Shown here: positions 29,404 through 40,087 of the stretch, one piece after another
Layout of the letters: each line of letters begins with the position of its first letter
How positions within the stretch are numbered: position 1 is the first letter of the stretch
Made by a program: the position numbers and the translations under genes
From: Thermodesulfobacteriota bacterium
GTDB taxonomy: Bacteria; Desulfobacterota_D; UBA1144; Nemesobacterales; Mycalebacteriaceae
Assembly: GCA_965226585.1 (NCBI GenBank)
Contig: OZ245366.1
Coordinates: 768,001-832,000, forward strand
DNA length: 64,000 bases
Direction of reading: 5' to 3'
The notes under the pieces: model-generated
What the model saw: the letters and a program-made list of their open reading frames with translations, nothing else
Database searches by the model: none
Told to the model about the DNA's origin: nothing

Positions 29404-29495
29404 TGGCGGAGAGGAAGGGATTCGAACCCTTGAAGGAGCGTAAACCCCTTACACGCTTTCCAGGCGTGCACCTTCGGCCGCTCGGTCACCTCTCC
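29404..29495 (-). tRNA. tRNA-Ser(GGA)
   Basis: GGAGAGG acceptor stem, CACGC-CTGGAAA-GCGTG anticodon arm, long variable arm, GTTCGAATC, CCA. Confidence 0.95.
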
Positions 29496-29516
29496 GTATC
29501 TTCCGGCTCCCCCGCG

Positions 29517-29915
29517 CTAACTTGCGGGCTTGCATTTGCATATCTTTTTTCTCAAATACTCAATAACATTCCACGCGCCTTCATCTCCAAGCACCCCTCC
29601 CCATGCGGGCATGATATTCGACTTGCCCACCGCCGCTCCGCCTTGCGTGATGACCTTTAACAGGTACTCATCCGTCAGGGTCGAGAGATAAGCCGCATTG
29701 CTCAAGTCTCTCGGCTTGGGATTGAGCGCCGCCGCCGCAATCCCGTCTCCCTTGCCCGCCGCGCCATGACAAGACGCGCAAAGCGTGGCAAAAGATGCCG
29801 CCCCCTTCTTGCTGTTGCCGCGCCCCGCGTATGAGTCGGGCGCACCCGCAAACACCGCCAGAGGAAGGGCGAAAAACACCGCAATCAGAAACGCGCTAAT
29901 AGGTGTCAGTTTCAT
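29517..29915 (-). CDS. Periplasmic monoheme cytochrome c
   Basis: Signal peptide, CASCH, GKGDG.AA..L.PKPRDL, MPAW distal Met. Confidence 0.9.
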   Translation of the reverse strand: MKLTPISAFLIAVFFALPLAVFAGAPDSYAGRGNSKKGAASFATLCASCHGAAGKGDGIAAAALNPKPRDLSNAAYLSTLTDEYLLKVITQGGAAVGKSNIMPAWGGVLGDEGAWNVIEYLRKKICKCKPAS

Positions 29916-29976
29916 TGATAAATTTTCCGCCAACAGGATAATTAACACCGCCGGTTTTTCCAATCGGCTTTCACGC

Positions 29977-30062
29977 GGGCGGGTGGCGAAATGGCAGACG
30001 CGACGGATTCAAAATCCGTTGGGCTAACACCCGTGAGGGTTCGAGTCCCTCCCCGCCCACCA
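29977..30062 (+). tRNA. tRNA-Leu(CAA)
   Basis: GGGCGGG acceptor, ACGGA-TTCAAAA-TCCGT, variable arm, GTTCGAGTC, CCA. Confidence 0.95.
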
Positions 30063-30066
30063 TTTT

Positions 30067-31218
30067 CTAGTAACGGGGAATTGAAGGGTCGAACTTCTCC
30101 GCCCACTCATCTATTCCGCCCTTGAGGCTTTTTACCTTTGAAAAACCCTTGTCAAGCAGATACTCGGTCGCTTTCAGGCTCCGCCCGCCGTGATGGCAGT
30201 GAACCACTATCTCGTCTTTTGAGTCCAGTTCACCGAACCTGTCCTCTATCTCCGAAAGCGGAATCAGAACCGCGCCTTCTATCCGGCATATCTCGTATTC
30301 GTGCTGTTCCCTCACGTCCACAAGTTTGGGCTTTCCCTCGCCGTTCCACGCTTTCCTGAAGTCCTCAACGCTTATCTCGTTCTCGCCCACAACATTTTGT
30401 TCCGCGCTTTCGCTTCCAACCGGAATGCCGCAAAACTGCTCGTAGTCAATCAGTTCGGTTATCTCAGGCGAATCGCCGCATATCGGGCACGACTTGTCTT
30501 TGCGGAGTTTCAGTTCTCTCGGCTTCATCTCAAGAACATCTATGAACATAAGCCGTCCTATCAGCGGGTCTCCCGCGCCGATTATCAGTTTCACCGTCTC
30601 CGCCGCCTGCATGGTTCCGACAATTCCGGGCAAAATTCCCAGAACACCGCCTTCGGCGCAACTCGGCACAAGACCGGGCGGCGGCGGCTCTGGGTAGAGG
30701 CACCGGTAGCAGGGACCGTGCCCGGAGTCAAAAACGCTCACCTGCCCTTCAAAACGGAATATACTGCCGTAAACATTGGGCTTCCCGAGCAAAACGCACG
30801 TGTCATTCACAAGGTAGCGAGTCGGGAAATTGTCCGTTCCGTCTACCACCACGTCGTAGTCCTTGATAATCTCCATCGCGTTTTCAGACGAAAGTCTTTC
30901 GTTGTGGATTGTGACATTCACGTCCGAGTTCAGGTCGTTAATTCTTTTTTTCGCGCTCTCCGCCTTCAACTCACCGAGAGTGCTTTCCCCGTGAATTATC
31001 TGTCTTTGCAGGTTGCTGAAATCAACCACATCAAAGTCAACAATGCCTATGTTTCCAACCCCGGCGGCGGCAAGATAGAGCGCGAGCGGAGAGCCCAGCC
31101 CCCCGGCTCCAATGCACAGCACACGGCTCCGCAACAGTTTTTTCTGCCCCTCAACACCAACTTCCGGAAGTATGAGATGCCTGCTGTATCTGCTTGCCTG
31201 TTCTTTTGTAAGTTCCAT
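30067..31218 (-). CDS. moeB: MoeB/ThiF adenylyltransferase fused to rhodanese (MoeZ type)
   Basis: RYSRHLIL, GAGGLGSP, SNLQRQ, two CxxC, rhodanese CHHGGRS. Confidence 0.9.
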   Translation of the reverse strand: MELTKEQASRYSRHLILPEVGVEGQKKLLRSRVLCIGAGGLGSPLALYLAAAGVGNIGIVDFDVVDFSNLQRQIIHGESTLGELKAESAKKRINDLNSDVNVTIHNERLSSENAMEIIKDYDVVVDGTDNFPTRYLVNDTCVLLGKPNVYGSIFRFEGQVSVFDSGHGPCYRCLYPEPPPPGLVPSCAEGGVLGILPGIVGTMQAAETVKLIIGAGDPLIGRLMFIDVLEMKPRELKLRKDKSCPICGDSPEITELIDYEQFCGIPVGSESAEQNVVGENEISVEDFRKAWNGEGKPKLVDVREQHEYEICRIEGAVLIPLSEIEDRFGELDSKDEIVVHCHHGGRSLKATEYLLDKGFSKVKSLKGGIDEWAEKFDPSIPRY

Positions 31219-31343
31219 TCCCAAGCTCTCTAAATCCCGTTCAATATCTCACGGCGTGCGCCTTTTGTCAATGAAAACGGGGCTCCCATCCGTGTTGCAA
31301 GCGGGCGCGATAACGGGAACTATAAACCCGTCCGGGTTCACAA

Positions 31344-32186
31344 ATGCCTTTTTCTCTCTACATAGTCGCCACTCCGGTTGGAAACCTTGAAGACATAACC
31401 TTCAGGGCGGTGCGCGTTCTCAAAGAGGCGAAAGCGGTGGCGTGCGAAGACACAAGGGTAACGGCAAAACTGTTTGCCCGTTACCGGATAGGCAGCCGTC
31501 TTATATCGTGCCGTGAACACAACGAGGCTAAGCAGGCGGAAAACATAATCCGCATTCTGAAAGAGGAGGGCGATGTTGCCCTTGTTACAGACGCCGGAAC
31601 GCCAATGCTTTCAGACCCCGGAATGAGAGTTGTCCGTCGGGCGGCGGAGGAGGGTTTTGCCGTTGTTCCCGTTCCGGGGGCTTCCGCTCTGCTTTGCGCT
31701 TTGTGCGCGGGCGCGGTTCCGTTTGAGGATTTCACATTTCTGGGTTTTCTTCCCCGCCGGAAGGGAAAGGCGGAAAAAGTTCTGTCTGAGTTTGTCTCGT
31801 CTCCGCGCGCGGTTGTGATTTATGAATCGCCGAAAAGAACGGTTGCCACGCTCGCCCTGATTCTTGAAATCCTCGGAGACCGAGAGGCGGCGGTGTGCAG
31901 GGAGATGACAAAAATGCACGAGGAAACCCTGCGCGGCAAGGTTTCGTTTCTCTCGCAGAATTTCGCGGAAAGGGAAACCGTGAAGGGCGAGGTTGTGATA
32001 GTGGTTTCCGGAGCAGAGCAGACCGGTCCCGATGAGAGAGAGACGGAAAAACTTTTGCGGAAACTGAAAAAAGACGGCGTGAGTTTCAAAGACGCCGTGA
32101 AGATGGCGATTGATGAGACAGGCGCGGCGAAAAATCCGGTTTACTTTTCCGCTCTCCGCGTGTGGGGAAAAAACGGCTCCCGCTAA
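31344..32186 (+). CDS. rsmI: 16S rRNA C1402 2'-O-methyltransferase
   Basis: [41 protein letters not shown]. Confidence 0.95.
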   Translation: MPFSLYIVATPVGNLEDITFRAVRVLKEAKAVACEDTRVTAKLFARYRIGSRLISCREHNEAKQAENIIRILKEEGDVALVTDAGTPMLSDPGMRVVRRAAEEGFAVVPVPGASALLCALCAGAVPFEDFTFLGFLPRRKGKAEKVLSEFVSSPRAVVIYESPKRTVATLALILEILGDREAAVCREMTKMHEETLRGKVSFLSQNFAERETVKGEVVIVVSGAEQTGPDERETEKLLRKLKKDGVSFKDAVKMAIDETGAAKNPVYFSALRVWGKNGSR

Positions 32187-33649
32187 ATCGCGGGCTCAAA
32201 CTCTCCGTCAAATCTTCCGGTTGATTCCAGCGCGCGCGCCGCTCTCAAAACCGTTTCCTCGTCAAAACTTCTGCCGATGATTTGTGCCCCGACCGGAAGC
32301 CCGGATTTTGTCAGCCCGCACGGAACGGAAATCGCCGGAACCCCCGCTATATTTGCCGGTATTGTGAGCGCGTCCGACAGGTACATCCTTATCGGGTCGT
32401 CCATTTTCTCGCCGATTTTGAAAGCTGTTTCAGGGGCGGTGGGCGTCATTATGACATCCGCTTTTTCAAAGGCGGCTTTGAACTCCGCGCTTATCACCGT
32501 TCTCACCTTCTGCGCTTTCAAGTAGTAGGCGTCATAGTATCCCGATGAAAGTGCGTGAGTGCCGAGCATAATTCTTCTTTTTACTTCCGCGCCGAACCCT
32601 TCACTGCGGGTTTTGATTATCATTTCCGCAAGAGACTCCGCCCCCTCAGAGCGCATTCCATATCTGACGCCGTCGTATCTGGCGAGGTTTGAACTCGCCT
32701 CGCTCGGGGCGATTATGTAATACGCGCTGACCGCGTAAGCCGTGTTCGGCATGGAAACTTCAACCGTTTCCGCCCCCAGAGATTCCATATCTTTTATTGC
32801 GTCCCTCACGCTTCTCTCAACTTCGCCGTCCATTCCACCGATGCTGAAATATTCCGCCGGCACGGCGATCTTCATTCCCTTCACTCCCTTTTCAAGCGCG
32901 GAAAGGTAGTTCGGCACGGGGGTGTCTGAAGAGGTGGAATCTCTTTTGTCAAAGCCCGCCATCGCGCCGAGCAGAATTGCCGCATCTTCCACCGAACGCG
33001 TGAGCGGTCCCGCCTGATCAAGCGAAGACGCGAACGCCACCATTCCGAATCTGCTGACCCTTCCGTAAGTGGGTTTCATTCCCATAACTCCGCAGAAAGA
33101 AGCCGGCTGGCGTATGGAGCCGCCCGTGTCTGTTCCGACCGCGCCCGCGCACATTCCCGCCGCAACCGCCGCCGCGCAGCCGCCGCTTGAGCCGCCCGGC
33201 ACTCTGCCTGTGTCGCGAGGGTTTTTCACGACACCGAAATATGAAGTTTCGTTTGACGAGCCCATCGCGAATTCATCCATGTTGTTCTTGCCTATTATCA
33301 CGGCTCCCGCCATTTTGAGCTTTTCCGCAACGCCGGAATCGTATGAGGGAACAAAGTTTTCCAGAATTTTTGACCCGCAGGTAAGCTTCATTCCCTTGAC
33401 CGCGAAAAGATCTTTCAGCGCGACCGGAACTCCGTGCATAGGGCTTTTAACCTTTCCCGCCGCCATCTCCTTTTCCGCAGCCTCAGCGGACTCAAGAGCG
33501 GACTGCTCGTCAAAACCGATAAAGGAGTTTATTCCGCTGTCAACAGACGCAATTCTCTCCGCTGCCGTCCGGACAAGGTCCACGGGGGAAACTTCTTTCG
33601 CTTTTAGAAGCCGGGCGGCTTCCGCTATGCCGGGACAGCCGTTTTTCAT
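32183..33649 (-). CDS. gatA: Asp/Glu-tRNA amidotransferase subunit A
   Basis: [37 protein letters not shown]. Confidence 0.95.
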   Translation of the reverse strand: MKNGCPGIAEAARLLKAKEVSPVDLVRTAAERIASVDSGINSFIGFDEQSALESAEAAEKEMAAGKVKSPMHGVPVALKDLFAVKGMKLTCGSKILENFVPSYDSGVAEKLKMAGAVIIGKNNMDEFAMGSSNETSYFGVVKNPRDTGRVPGGSSGGCAAAVAAGMCAGAVGTDTGGSIRQPASFCGVMGMKPTYGRVSRFGMVAFASSLDQAGPLTRSVEDAAILLGAMAGFDKRDSTSSDTPVPNYLSALEKGVKGMKIAVPAEYFSIGGMDGEVERSVRDAIKDMESLGAETVEVSMPNTAYAVSAYYIIAPSEASSNLARYDGVRYGMRSEGAESLAEMIIKTRSEGFGAEVKRRIMLGTHALSSGYYDAYYLKAQKVRTVISAEFKAAFEKADVIMTPTAPETAFKIGEKMDDPIRMYLSDALTIPANIAGVPAISVPCGLTKSGLPVGAQIIGRSFDEETVLRAARALESTGRFDGEFEPAI

Positions 33650-33949
33650 TCAGTCCTCTATCACCCTGGGAACGGAGAAAAAACCGTCCGCAGATTGCGG
33701 CGCGGAGCCGAGGGCTTTTTGTCCGGCGTCAGATTTGCGCTCCTTGTCGGGTCTCAGGCGGGGTTTTATTCCGGGCGCGCCGGGAGACGCTTCCACGCCG
33801 TCCGTGACCAGTTCGTTCAGGTTTTCCATGTATTTCAGAACCTTCGCGAGATACGCGCCGAGTTCTTCAGTTTCTCTTTCGTCAAACTCAAGCATGGCGA
33901 GTTTTGCCGCAGAGGCAACGGCGGATTTTGATGTTTTCTCATCGGTCAT
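33650..33949 (-). CDS. gatC: Asp/Glu-tRNA amidotransferase subunit C
   Basis: AKLAML, LRPD, FFSVPRVIE; directly upstream of gatA. Confidence 0.9.
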   Translation of the reverse strand: MTDEKTSKSAVASAAKLAMLEFDERETEELGAYLAKVLKYMENLNELVTDGVEASPGAPGIKPRLRPDKERKSDAGQKALGSAPQSADGFFSVPRVIED

Positions 33950-34932
33950 AATCTTTTTTTCCTTCCCGCTTCCTGAGTAAGAGATTCGGCAAAGTCCATT
34001 ATATCGGACTCAAGTCTCACGTCTTCAAGGCGGTTTATTTCCCGCACGCAAGTCGGGCTTGTGCAGTTTATTTCAGTCAGCATTCCGTCCACAATGTCTA
34101 TTCCCGCAAAGTATATCCCCGTTTCGTTCAAATACCCTTCAAGCGCGCCGCATATCTCCATATCCCTTTTGTTCAAGGTTGTTTTCGCCGGAGTTCCTCC
34201 CGAATGAAAGTTGCATATAAAACCGTCTTCGGGAGGCATTCTCAGAACCGCCCCGAGCGGTTTGCCGCCCAGCATTATCACCCGTTTGTCTCCGCCGGAA
34301 ACGCCGCTTATGAATTCCTGAGCCATTATGAACGCCTTTCCGTTTTGTGTTGCGCGGTCTATTTTTTCGCGCGCGTCCGCGTTGGTTTTTTCCGCCATCA
34401 CGATCCCCTCTCCGCCAAATCCGTCAAGGGGTTTCAAAACGATTTTTCCCTTCTCGTTAAGAAATCCGCCTATCTGTTTGCGGCTTTTTGAAACAACCGT
34501 GTCCGGCATAAAACGGGAGAATCCGAGGGCGCTGAGTTTTTCGTTTGAGTTCCGTATGGCGCGAGGGCGGTTTATGACGGCGGCTCCGCCGTTTTCCGCA
34601 AGTTCCAGAATGTGGGTGAGGTATATGTAGTCCATGTCAAAAGGCGGGTCTTTTCGCATCCACACAACATCCGCGCCGGCAAGGGAAAATGGCTTGAATT
34701 CGTCCGTTTCATAAAAGCCGTCCATGTTTTTCGCGTCTTCACCGGGTTTGGTGAGCCGTGTTTCAGCCGCTTCGCAAAAGGGTTTTCCGCCTCTTGCGGA
34801 AAGGGCGCCGGACGGGGCGTATAAAACCTTGTGCCCGCGCGCCTGCGCTTCAAGCATAAGAACAAGAGTGGTGTCCCTCTCCGGGTTTATGGACTCAAGC
34901 GGGTCCATCACAAAAACCATTTTCAGGGGCAT
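33946..34932 (-). CDS. gshB: Glutathione synthetase
   Basis: MDPLE.I...DTT, MRKDPPFD, NEKL, KPLDG.GG.G, GDKR, TEINCTSPT. Confidence 0.9.
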   Translation of the reverse strand: MPLKMVFVMDPLESINPERDTTLVLMLEAQARGHKVLYAPSGALSARGGKPFCEAAETRLTKPGEDAKNMDGFYETDEFKPFSLAGADVVWMRKDPPFDMDYIYLTHILELAENGGAAVINRPRAIRNSNEKLSALGFSRFMPDTVVSKSRKQIGGFLNEKGKIVLKPLDGFGGEGIVMAEKTNADAREKIDRATQNGKAFIMAQEFISGVSGGDKRVIMLGGKPLGAVLRMPPEDGFICNFHSGGTPAKTTLNKRDMEICGALEGYLNETGIYFAGIDIVDGMLTEINCTSPTCVREINRLEDVRLESDIMDFAESLTQEAGRKKRL

Positions 34933-34956
34933 GAGGGTTAACCTATCACAAAAGCG

Positions 34957-36621
34957 TCAGTGGGGCGGGATGCCGCCGTCTGCGGGGTTCAACTTTAACG
35001 GTATTTTCAGGATAACCAGCTTGTTCGCGCCGCATGAAACCGCAAAAGCCGGTTTCATGCTTTTAATTTCCGCCGCCAATTCTCCAATTCCGAAAAGATG
35101 CTCTTTTTCAAGATTCCTTCTGCCGCCGGATGTCATACACCCCTCCGCCTGTCGAATCATGCACAAGTCCTGACCTTTCGGCTTCATTTGCGTGGCGGTT
35201 TCAAAAACGAAGTTGTAAACATTTTCCTCAACCGCCTGCCAGTTTTGCATCATCACCGTAAGCCCGGGCGTTCTTCCGCCGCCTTTTTTGTCTGTCATGC
35301 GCAAGTGCGATATTTTCGGTTTCTCCGTGGAAAGCGCTCTCAGATAGTTTCCAAACCAGAACGAAGATAGTCCGTCCATCAGCTTGAATCTCCGGAAGTT
35401 TTCATCAAAACACCTGACCGTTTCGGGATAGTATTGCGTAAGTTCCCGTGCGTTTACCATCCCCGTGGCGCGGGGAACGGACAGGGTGAATATCAGCAAA
35501 CACAGCACAGCCGCCGAAACCGCCTTCACTTTGCCGCTTCGGGGAATTCCGAAAATAAATATCCATCCGGCGGACACGGGCACGAATATCGCGGGTATAA
35601 AAAACCTCATGTTGGCGTAATGCCATGTGAATTCGGCAAGAAAGGCGAAACGCCCCGAAATAACCGCGAGCAGTAACTGCGCGAAGAAACATGCGAGAAG
35701 AAGCAAAAGGGCGGCGCGGGTTTTTTCATTCCCCGCTCTTTTTGCGATGGCAACCGCCGCCGCGCCAATCCACAGAACGCAAACAGCCGCAAACACGGGA
35801 TATATTGCCGCCCAGACAGAAAGAAAATTTTTGAATCTCTCAAAAGACTTCGCGAATACAAGCCACTGCTCGAACTTGCTTTTTTCTATCATCTCGCCCC
35901 CGACTATAAAATCCGCCCATTCCACAAACAGAATCAGCGCAACGCTTCCCGCCCCGAGCGCGAGGCAAATTTGCATGTTTTTCTTTATCATTTCGCGCCG
36001 CAGTATTGAGAGAAGAATTACAGTGGCGATGGCGGGAATAATGAACCATGCGATAAGAATTCTGTCTGAAAGAAGCAGAGGGAAAGCAAAAAGCGCGGCA
36101 AGCATTCGCCATGTGAGCGGCTTGTAGAGAGCGCGCAAGGTGAGCCAAAGCCCGAAGGGAAACGCCGCGGCGGCGGTTGAGTGGTAGGCAATATGAAGCA
36201 TCACTCTGTGAGAGTCAGGGTGATAAACAGCGCACAGCGTCATTATCGCGCCGGCGATAAGGGAGAATGTCAGCGCGTTTTTGTCTCCGTCTCCGAAGCA
36301 CTCTTTTGCCAGCAGAAACCATCCAAAGGTTGTAATCAGAATCATTGCCAGAGCAAATCCGTACACCACAAGCGCGGTGTTGTCTCCCGAAACAGCCATC
36401 AGCAAAAGGGTGATTATATGGTCCGGCAGGTACACGCCCGGAGTCAGGGTGATTTTGAACACAGACGTTCCCGCGAGCCAGTCTCTCACGACGACAATGG
36501 GAGTCAGTTCATCGGCGGAGAAGAGCAAATCCCTGTTCATCTCCCCCGAAGCGAGTGACCCGAAAAGCGCGAGAATTGAGAGAACAAACGCCCCGATAGA
36601 AGCGTAGCGGACGAAGTTCAT
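34957..36621 (-). CDS. Polytopic membrane protein with soluble C-terminal domain, possible GT-C type glycosyltransferase
   Basis: About 12 hydrophobic segments; acidic FSADE and PGVYLPD in the first loop. Confidence 0.45.
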   Translation of the reverse strand: MNFVRYASIGAFVLSILALFGSLASGEMNRDLLFSADELTPIVVVRDWLAGTSVFKITLTPGVYLPDHIITLLLMAVSGDNTALVVYGFALAMILITTFGWFLLAKECFGDGDKNALTFSLIAGAIMTLCAVYHPDSHRVMLHIAYHSTAAAAFPFGLWLTLRALYKPLTWRMLAALFAFPLLLSDRILIAWFIIPAIATVILLSILRREMIKKNMQICLALGAGSVALILFVEWADFIVGGEMIEKSKFEQWLVFAKSFERFKNFLSVWAAIYPVFAAVCVLWIGAAAVAIAKRAGNEKTRAALLLLLACFFAQLLLAVISGRFAFLAEFTWHYANMRFFIPAIFVPVSAGWIFIFGIPRSGKVKAVSAAVLCLLIFTLSVPRATGMVNARELTQYYPETVRCFDENFRRFKLMDGLSSFWFGNYLRALSTEKPKISHLRMTDKKGGGRTPGLTVMMQNWQAVEENVYNFVFETATQMKPKGQDLCMIRQAEGCMTSGGRRNLEKEHLFGIGELAAEIKSMKPAFAVSCGANKLVILKIPLKLNPADGGIPPH

Positions 36622-37748
36622 TTTTTTCCGTCCGCCCGTTCTTCCATCATTTTGATAAAACTGTCAAACAGGTAGGAGGAATCGTGCGGTCCGGGTGACG
36701 ATTCCGGATGATACTGGACGGAGAAAACCGATTTTGCGCGATTTTCCAGTCCCTCAACCGTGTCGTCGTTCAGGTTTACGTGCGTGATTTCCGTTTCTCC
36801 GTCAAGGGAGTCGGGGTCAACGGCGAACCCGTGATTTTGCGAGGTGATTTCCACTTTGCCGCTTTTTATCCGTTTGACGGGCTGGTTGCCTCCCCGGTGT
36901 CCGAACTTCATTTTGAAGGTTTTTCCTCCCAGCGCGATGCTGATTATCTGGTGTCCGAGGCATATGCCGAAAACGGGAACTCTGCCAAGAATGCCGCCTA
37001 TGTTTTTTGCCGCGTATTCAATGGCTTCCGGGTCTCCGGGTCCGTTGGAAAGAAACACTCCGTCCGGCTTGAGGGCAAGCGCGTCTTCTGAGGCGGTTTG
37101 CGCCGGAACAACGGTTATTTTGCATCCCATATCCGTAAGGTTTTTCAAAATGCTGGTTTTTATTCCGAAGTCGTAAGCCACGATTTCCGGTTTCCATCCG
37201 CTTTTTGCGACCGAAAGGTTAAGCCCGCCGCTTCCCTCCGTCCACTGGTACGGTTTTTTGCAACTCACCTCCGTTACAAGGTCGCGCCCTACAATTCCGG
37301 GCGATTCTTTAACTTTTTTCAGCAGACTTTCCGGGTCTGAATCTTCGGTGGAAATTACACATTTTTGCGCTCCGCCCGTCCGTATCTTTCTTGTAATCTC
37401 CCTTGTGTCCACGCCCTGTATTCCGGTTACGCCCATTTTCTCCATATATTCGTGAAGCGTCATTGTCGCGCGCCAGTTGCTTGGTGTTTCCCAGTATTCC
37501 CTCACCACAAGCCCGCTCGCAAAGGGTTTGGACGATTCGCTGTCTTCATCGTTTATGCCGTAGTTGCCGATTTCGGGATACGTCATCGTGATAATCTGTC
37601 CGTTATAGGAAGGGTCTGTGAGGATTTCCTGATAGCCCGTCATTGAGGTGTTGAAAACCGCCTCGCCGAAATGCTCTCCGCGCGCCCCGAAGCGCGAACC
37701 TTCAAAAACACTTCCGTCTTCAAACACAAGGAAACATTTTTCGCTCAA
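36618..37748 (-). CDS. carA: Carbamoyl-phosphate synthase small subunit
   Basis: GEAVFNTSMTGYQE.LTDPSY, LSNGPGDP, GICLGHQ, QYHPE. Confidence 0.95.
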   Translation of the reverse strand: MSEKCFLVFEDGSVFEGSRFGARGEHFGEAVFNTSMTGYQEILTDPSYNGQIITMTYPEIGNYGINDEDSESSKPFASGLVVREYWETPSNWRATMTLHEYMEKMGVTGIQGVDTREITRKIRTGGAQKCVISTEDSDPESLLKKVKESPGIVGRDLVTEVSCKKPYQWTEGSGGLNLSVAKSGWKPEIVAYDFGIKTSILKNLTDMGCKITVVPAQTASEDALALKPDGVFLSNGPGDPEAIEYAAKNIGGILGRVPVFGICLGHQIISIALGGKTFKMKFGHRGGNQPVKRIKSGKVEITSQNHGFAVDPDSLDGETEITHVNLNDDTVEGLENRAKSVFSVQYHPESSPGPHDSSYLFDSFIKMMEERADGKK

Positions 37749-39175
37749 GCTTTCTCTCCCTTTTTAAGGATTTTTTTCAATGCCTCGTTCACCACTTTCG
37801 GGTTTGCCTTTCCTTTTGTCATCTTCATCACTCCGCCGACAAAAAATCCCATAAGTTTTTCCTCGCCGCCCCTGAACCGTTCAACCTCGTCCGGGTGAGA
37901 TGAAAGAAACTCTCCGGCTATTTTTTCTATTTCCGCGCTGTCTGATACCTGCGAAAGCCCCGCCGCATCCACAATTTCGGGCGCGGTTTTTCCGGTTTCC
38001 GCCATTTGGGGAAATATCTCTTTTGCCGTGTTCGCGCTGATTTTACCCTCTTTTATCATTCCAATCATCTCGCCGAGATTTTTCGCCGGAACGGGAAACC
38101 CTCCGCCGCCTGCCTCTGCCTGTCCCAAAACGTTTGTGAGTATCCAGTTTGCGGTTTCCTTTGGCGCTCCGCTTGTCTGCGCCGCGCTTTCAAAATAGTC
38201 GGCAATTTGTCTCTCCGCCGTAAGACGCCGCGCATCATCGCCTTTCAGTCCGTAGCTGCTTTCAAATCTCGCCGTTTTTTCCGGGTGAAGTTCGGGAAGG
38301 GAGTTTTTTATCTCTTCAATAAGTCCGGGCTCAACAATCACCGGGGGAAGGTCGGGGTCGGGGAAATATCTGTAGTCTTCGGCTTCCTCTTTTGAGCGCA
38401 TGGTGAAGGTTTTTCCACTGCCGGAGTCAAACAGGCGGGTTTCCTGAACAATTTTGCCGCCGCTTTCAATTTCCGCCGTCTGCCGCGCCGCTTCGTATTC
38501 AAGCGCCTTTCTGATGAACTTGAACGAGTTGAGATTTTTTATCTCCACTTTCACGCCGTATTTTGTGCATCCCTCCGGGCGCACCGAGATGTTGGCGTCG
38601 CACCGCAAGTTTCCTTTTTCCATATTGCCGTCGCAAACGCCCGTGTAGCGGAGTATCCGCCTGAGAGTCCGCACATATTCCGCCGCCTCTTCGGGGTCGC
38701 GTATGTCCGGTTCGCTTACAATCTCAATCAGTCCCACTCCGGCGCGGTTCAGGTCAACAAGGCTTTCCGTTCCCGAATGAACAAGTTTTCCGGCGTCTTC
38801 CTCCATGTGAATTCGGGTCAGGCGGATTTTTTTTGTCTCTCCGCCGGACTCAATTTCAATCCAGCCCCCGACAGCAAGAGGGTCTAAGTACTGGGATATT
38901 TGATAACCTTTCGGCAGGTCGGGATAGAAGTAGTTTTTTCTCTCAAAGCGCGAACTGTTTGCCACCTCGCATTTTGTCGCCACAGCCGCCGTTATGGCAA
39001 GTTCAACCGCTTTTGAGTTCAGAACGGGCAGAACTCCGGGCATTCCGAGGCAAACGGGCGAAACGTTTGAGTTCGGCTCCGTGCCTGAGGAGACGGGAGC
39101 GTCTGAAAATATCTTTGATTTTGTAAGCAGTTGAGCGTGGACTTCAAGTCCTATTACGGTTTCGTAGTCAGCCAT
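37745..39175 (-). CDS. gatB: Asp/Glu-tRNA amidotransferase subunit B
   Basis: IGLEVHAQL, RKNYFYPDLPKGYQISQ, HMEEDAGK, YRYFPDPDL. Confidence 0.95.
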   Translation of the reverse strand: MADYETVIGLEVHAQLLTKSKIFSDAPVSSGTEPNSNVSPVCLGMPGVLPVLNSKAVELAITAAVATKCEVANSSRFERKNYFYPDLPKGYQISQYLDPLAVGGWIEIESGGETKKIRLTRIHMEEDAGKLVHSGTESLVDLNRAGVGLIEIVSEPDIRDPEEAAEYVRTLRRILRYTGVCDGNMEKGNLRCDANISVRPEGCTKYGVKVEIKNLNSFKFIRKALEYEAARQTAEIESGGKIVQETRLFDSGSGKTFTMRSKEEAEDYRYFPDPDLPPVIVEPGLIEEIKNSLPELHPEKTARFESSYGLKGDDARRLTAERQIADYFESAAQTSGAPKETANWILTNVLGQAEAGGGGFPVPAKNLGEMIGMIKEGKISANTAKEIFPQMAETGKTAPEIVDAAGLSQVSDSAEIEKIAGEFLSSHPDEVERFRGGEEKLMGFFVGGVMKMTKGKANPKVVNEALKKILKKGEKA

Positions 39176-39227
39176 TGATCAACTCCGGAATTTTATCCGG
39201 TAAAGGGTGAAGTGTGGGGCGGGATTG

Positions 39228-39494
39228 TCAAGTGTAAGCGTGTTCGCGGTGCGCTACTCTCACGATTGTGACTGTTGCGGTCTTGTCGTCAATTTCATAC
39301 ACAGCCCTATACTTTCCCTGCCTGATTCTGTACTCATTTGTTCTGCCTTGTAGCTTCTCAACTCCGTTGGCTCTCGGGTTGTTTTGCAAGTTATCAATTT
39401 TCTTCAATATGGCTTTGTGAGTTTTGTAAGGAATTCGAAGTCTTCTTAATTGTTTAAAGGCTGATTTCGTGAAATCAACACTGTAGCTAGTCAA
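39228..39494 (-). CDS. RelE/ParE family toxin
   Basis: 88 aa, basic; YSVDFTKSA.KQL, KLQG...YRIRQGKYRAVYEIDD...VAHR. Confidence 0.9.
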   Translation of the reverse strand: MTSYSVDFTKSAFKQLRRLRIPYKTHKAILKKIDNLQNNPRANGVEKLQGRTNEYRIRQGKYRAVYEIDDKTATVTIVRVAHREHAYT

Positions 39495-40086
39495 TTTTTT
39501 CTGTCTCCCTCAAAACCTGTTCAAGTGATACTGTCGGCTCATTTTGGCTTCTTTCAATTGCCTCAATGTCTTCTGCATATTCCGAACGTTCAATTTTGAA
39601 CGCTCTGTCAAGGTGAGTGAACAGTTCAGAAATGACTTGCCTAATTTCCCCGCACTCAACTGGTGCATCAAAACCGCCTTCCCACATAAAGTGAAAACCT
39701 TTGATTTGTCCGTTGTCACGAATTGGTTTCACGAGAAGGTACCTCACCGAACCGCGCAGGCACCTTATAAAAGTGTGCAAATTCTTCCTACGGGGGTTGC
39801 CCCTGCGTGTGTTTCCCCACTCTATTAAGTCAACGGGTACGCCGAGGGCTTTCAGTTTACCTTCTCCGAAGTTTGGTATCTCCTTGAGAAATTCGCTGAT
39901 TTCGTGCGGAGTCACCAGAAGCCCGAGAAGGCAGTTGAGAAGTAGTGTTTCTTCGTGCCGCCCTTTGTAGACTTTGAGTATTTCAAGGGTTCGTCTTACA
40001 AAATCTACTGGAAAGTTTTGGTATCTGGAACCTTCCTCATCGGGACAAGAGGTTGTTTGCCGCTTTGTTTCTGTAGTTTTGCCCAT
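39487..40086 (-). CDS. HEPN-like (pEK499-p136 type) protein with acidic antitoxin-like C-terminal tail
   Basis: FVRRTL..L..Y...HEETLLLNCLLGLLVTPHE; Rx4H site appears degenerate (LRGSVRY); tail EDIEAIERSQNEPTVSLEQVLRE; overlaps the toxin start by 8 nt. Confidence 0.6.
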   Translation of the reverse strand: MGKTTETKRQTTSCPDEEGSRYQNFPVDFVRRTLEILKVYKGRHEETLLLNCLLGLLVTPHEISEFLKEIPNFGEGKLKALGVPVDLIEWGNTRRGNPRRKNLHTFIRCLRGSVRYLLVKPIRDNGQIKGFHFMWEGGFDAPVECGEIRQVISELFTHLDRAFKIERSEYAEDIEAIERSQNEPTVSLEQVLRETEKID

Positions 40087-40087
40087 T

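Noticed and set aside
30301..33980. Long antisense ORFs (310 aa over moeB, 303 aa over gatA/gatC, and similar elsewhere)
   Set aside because: Shadow frames of well-supported genes, with no recognisable motifs
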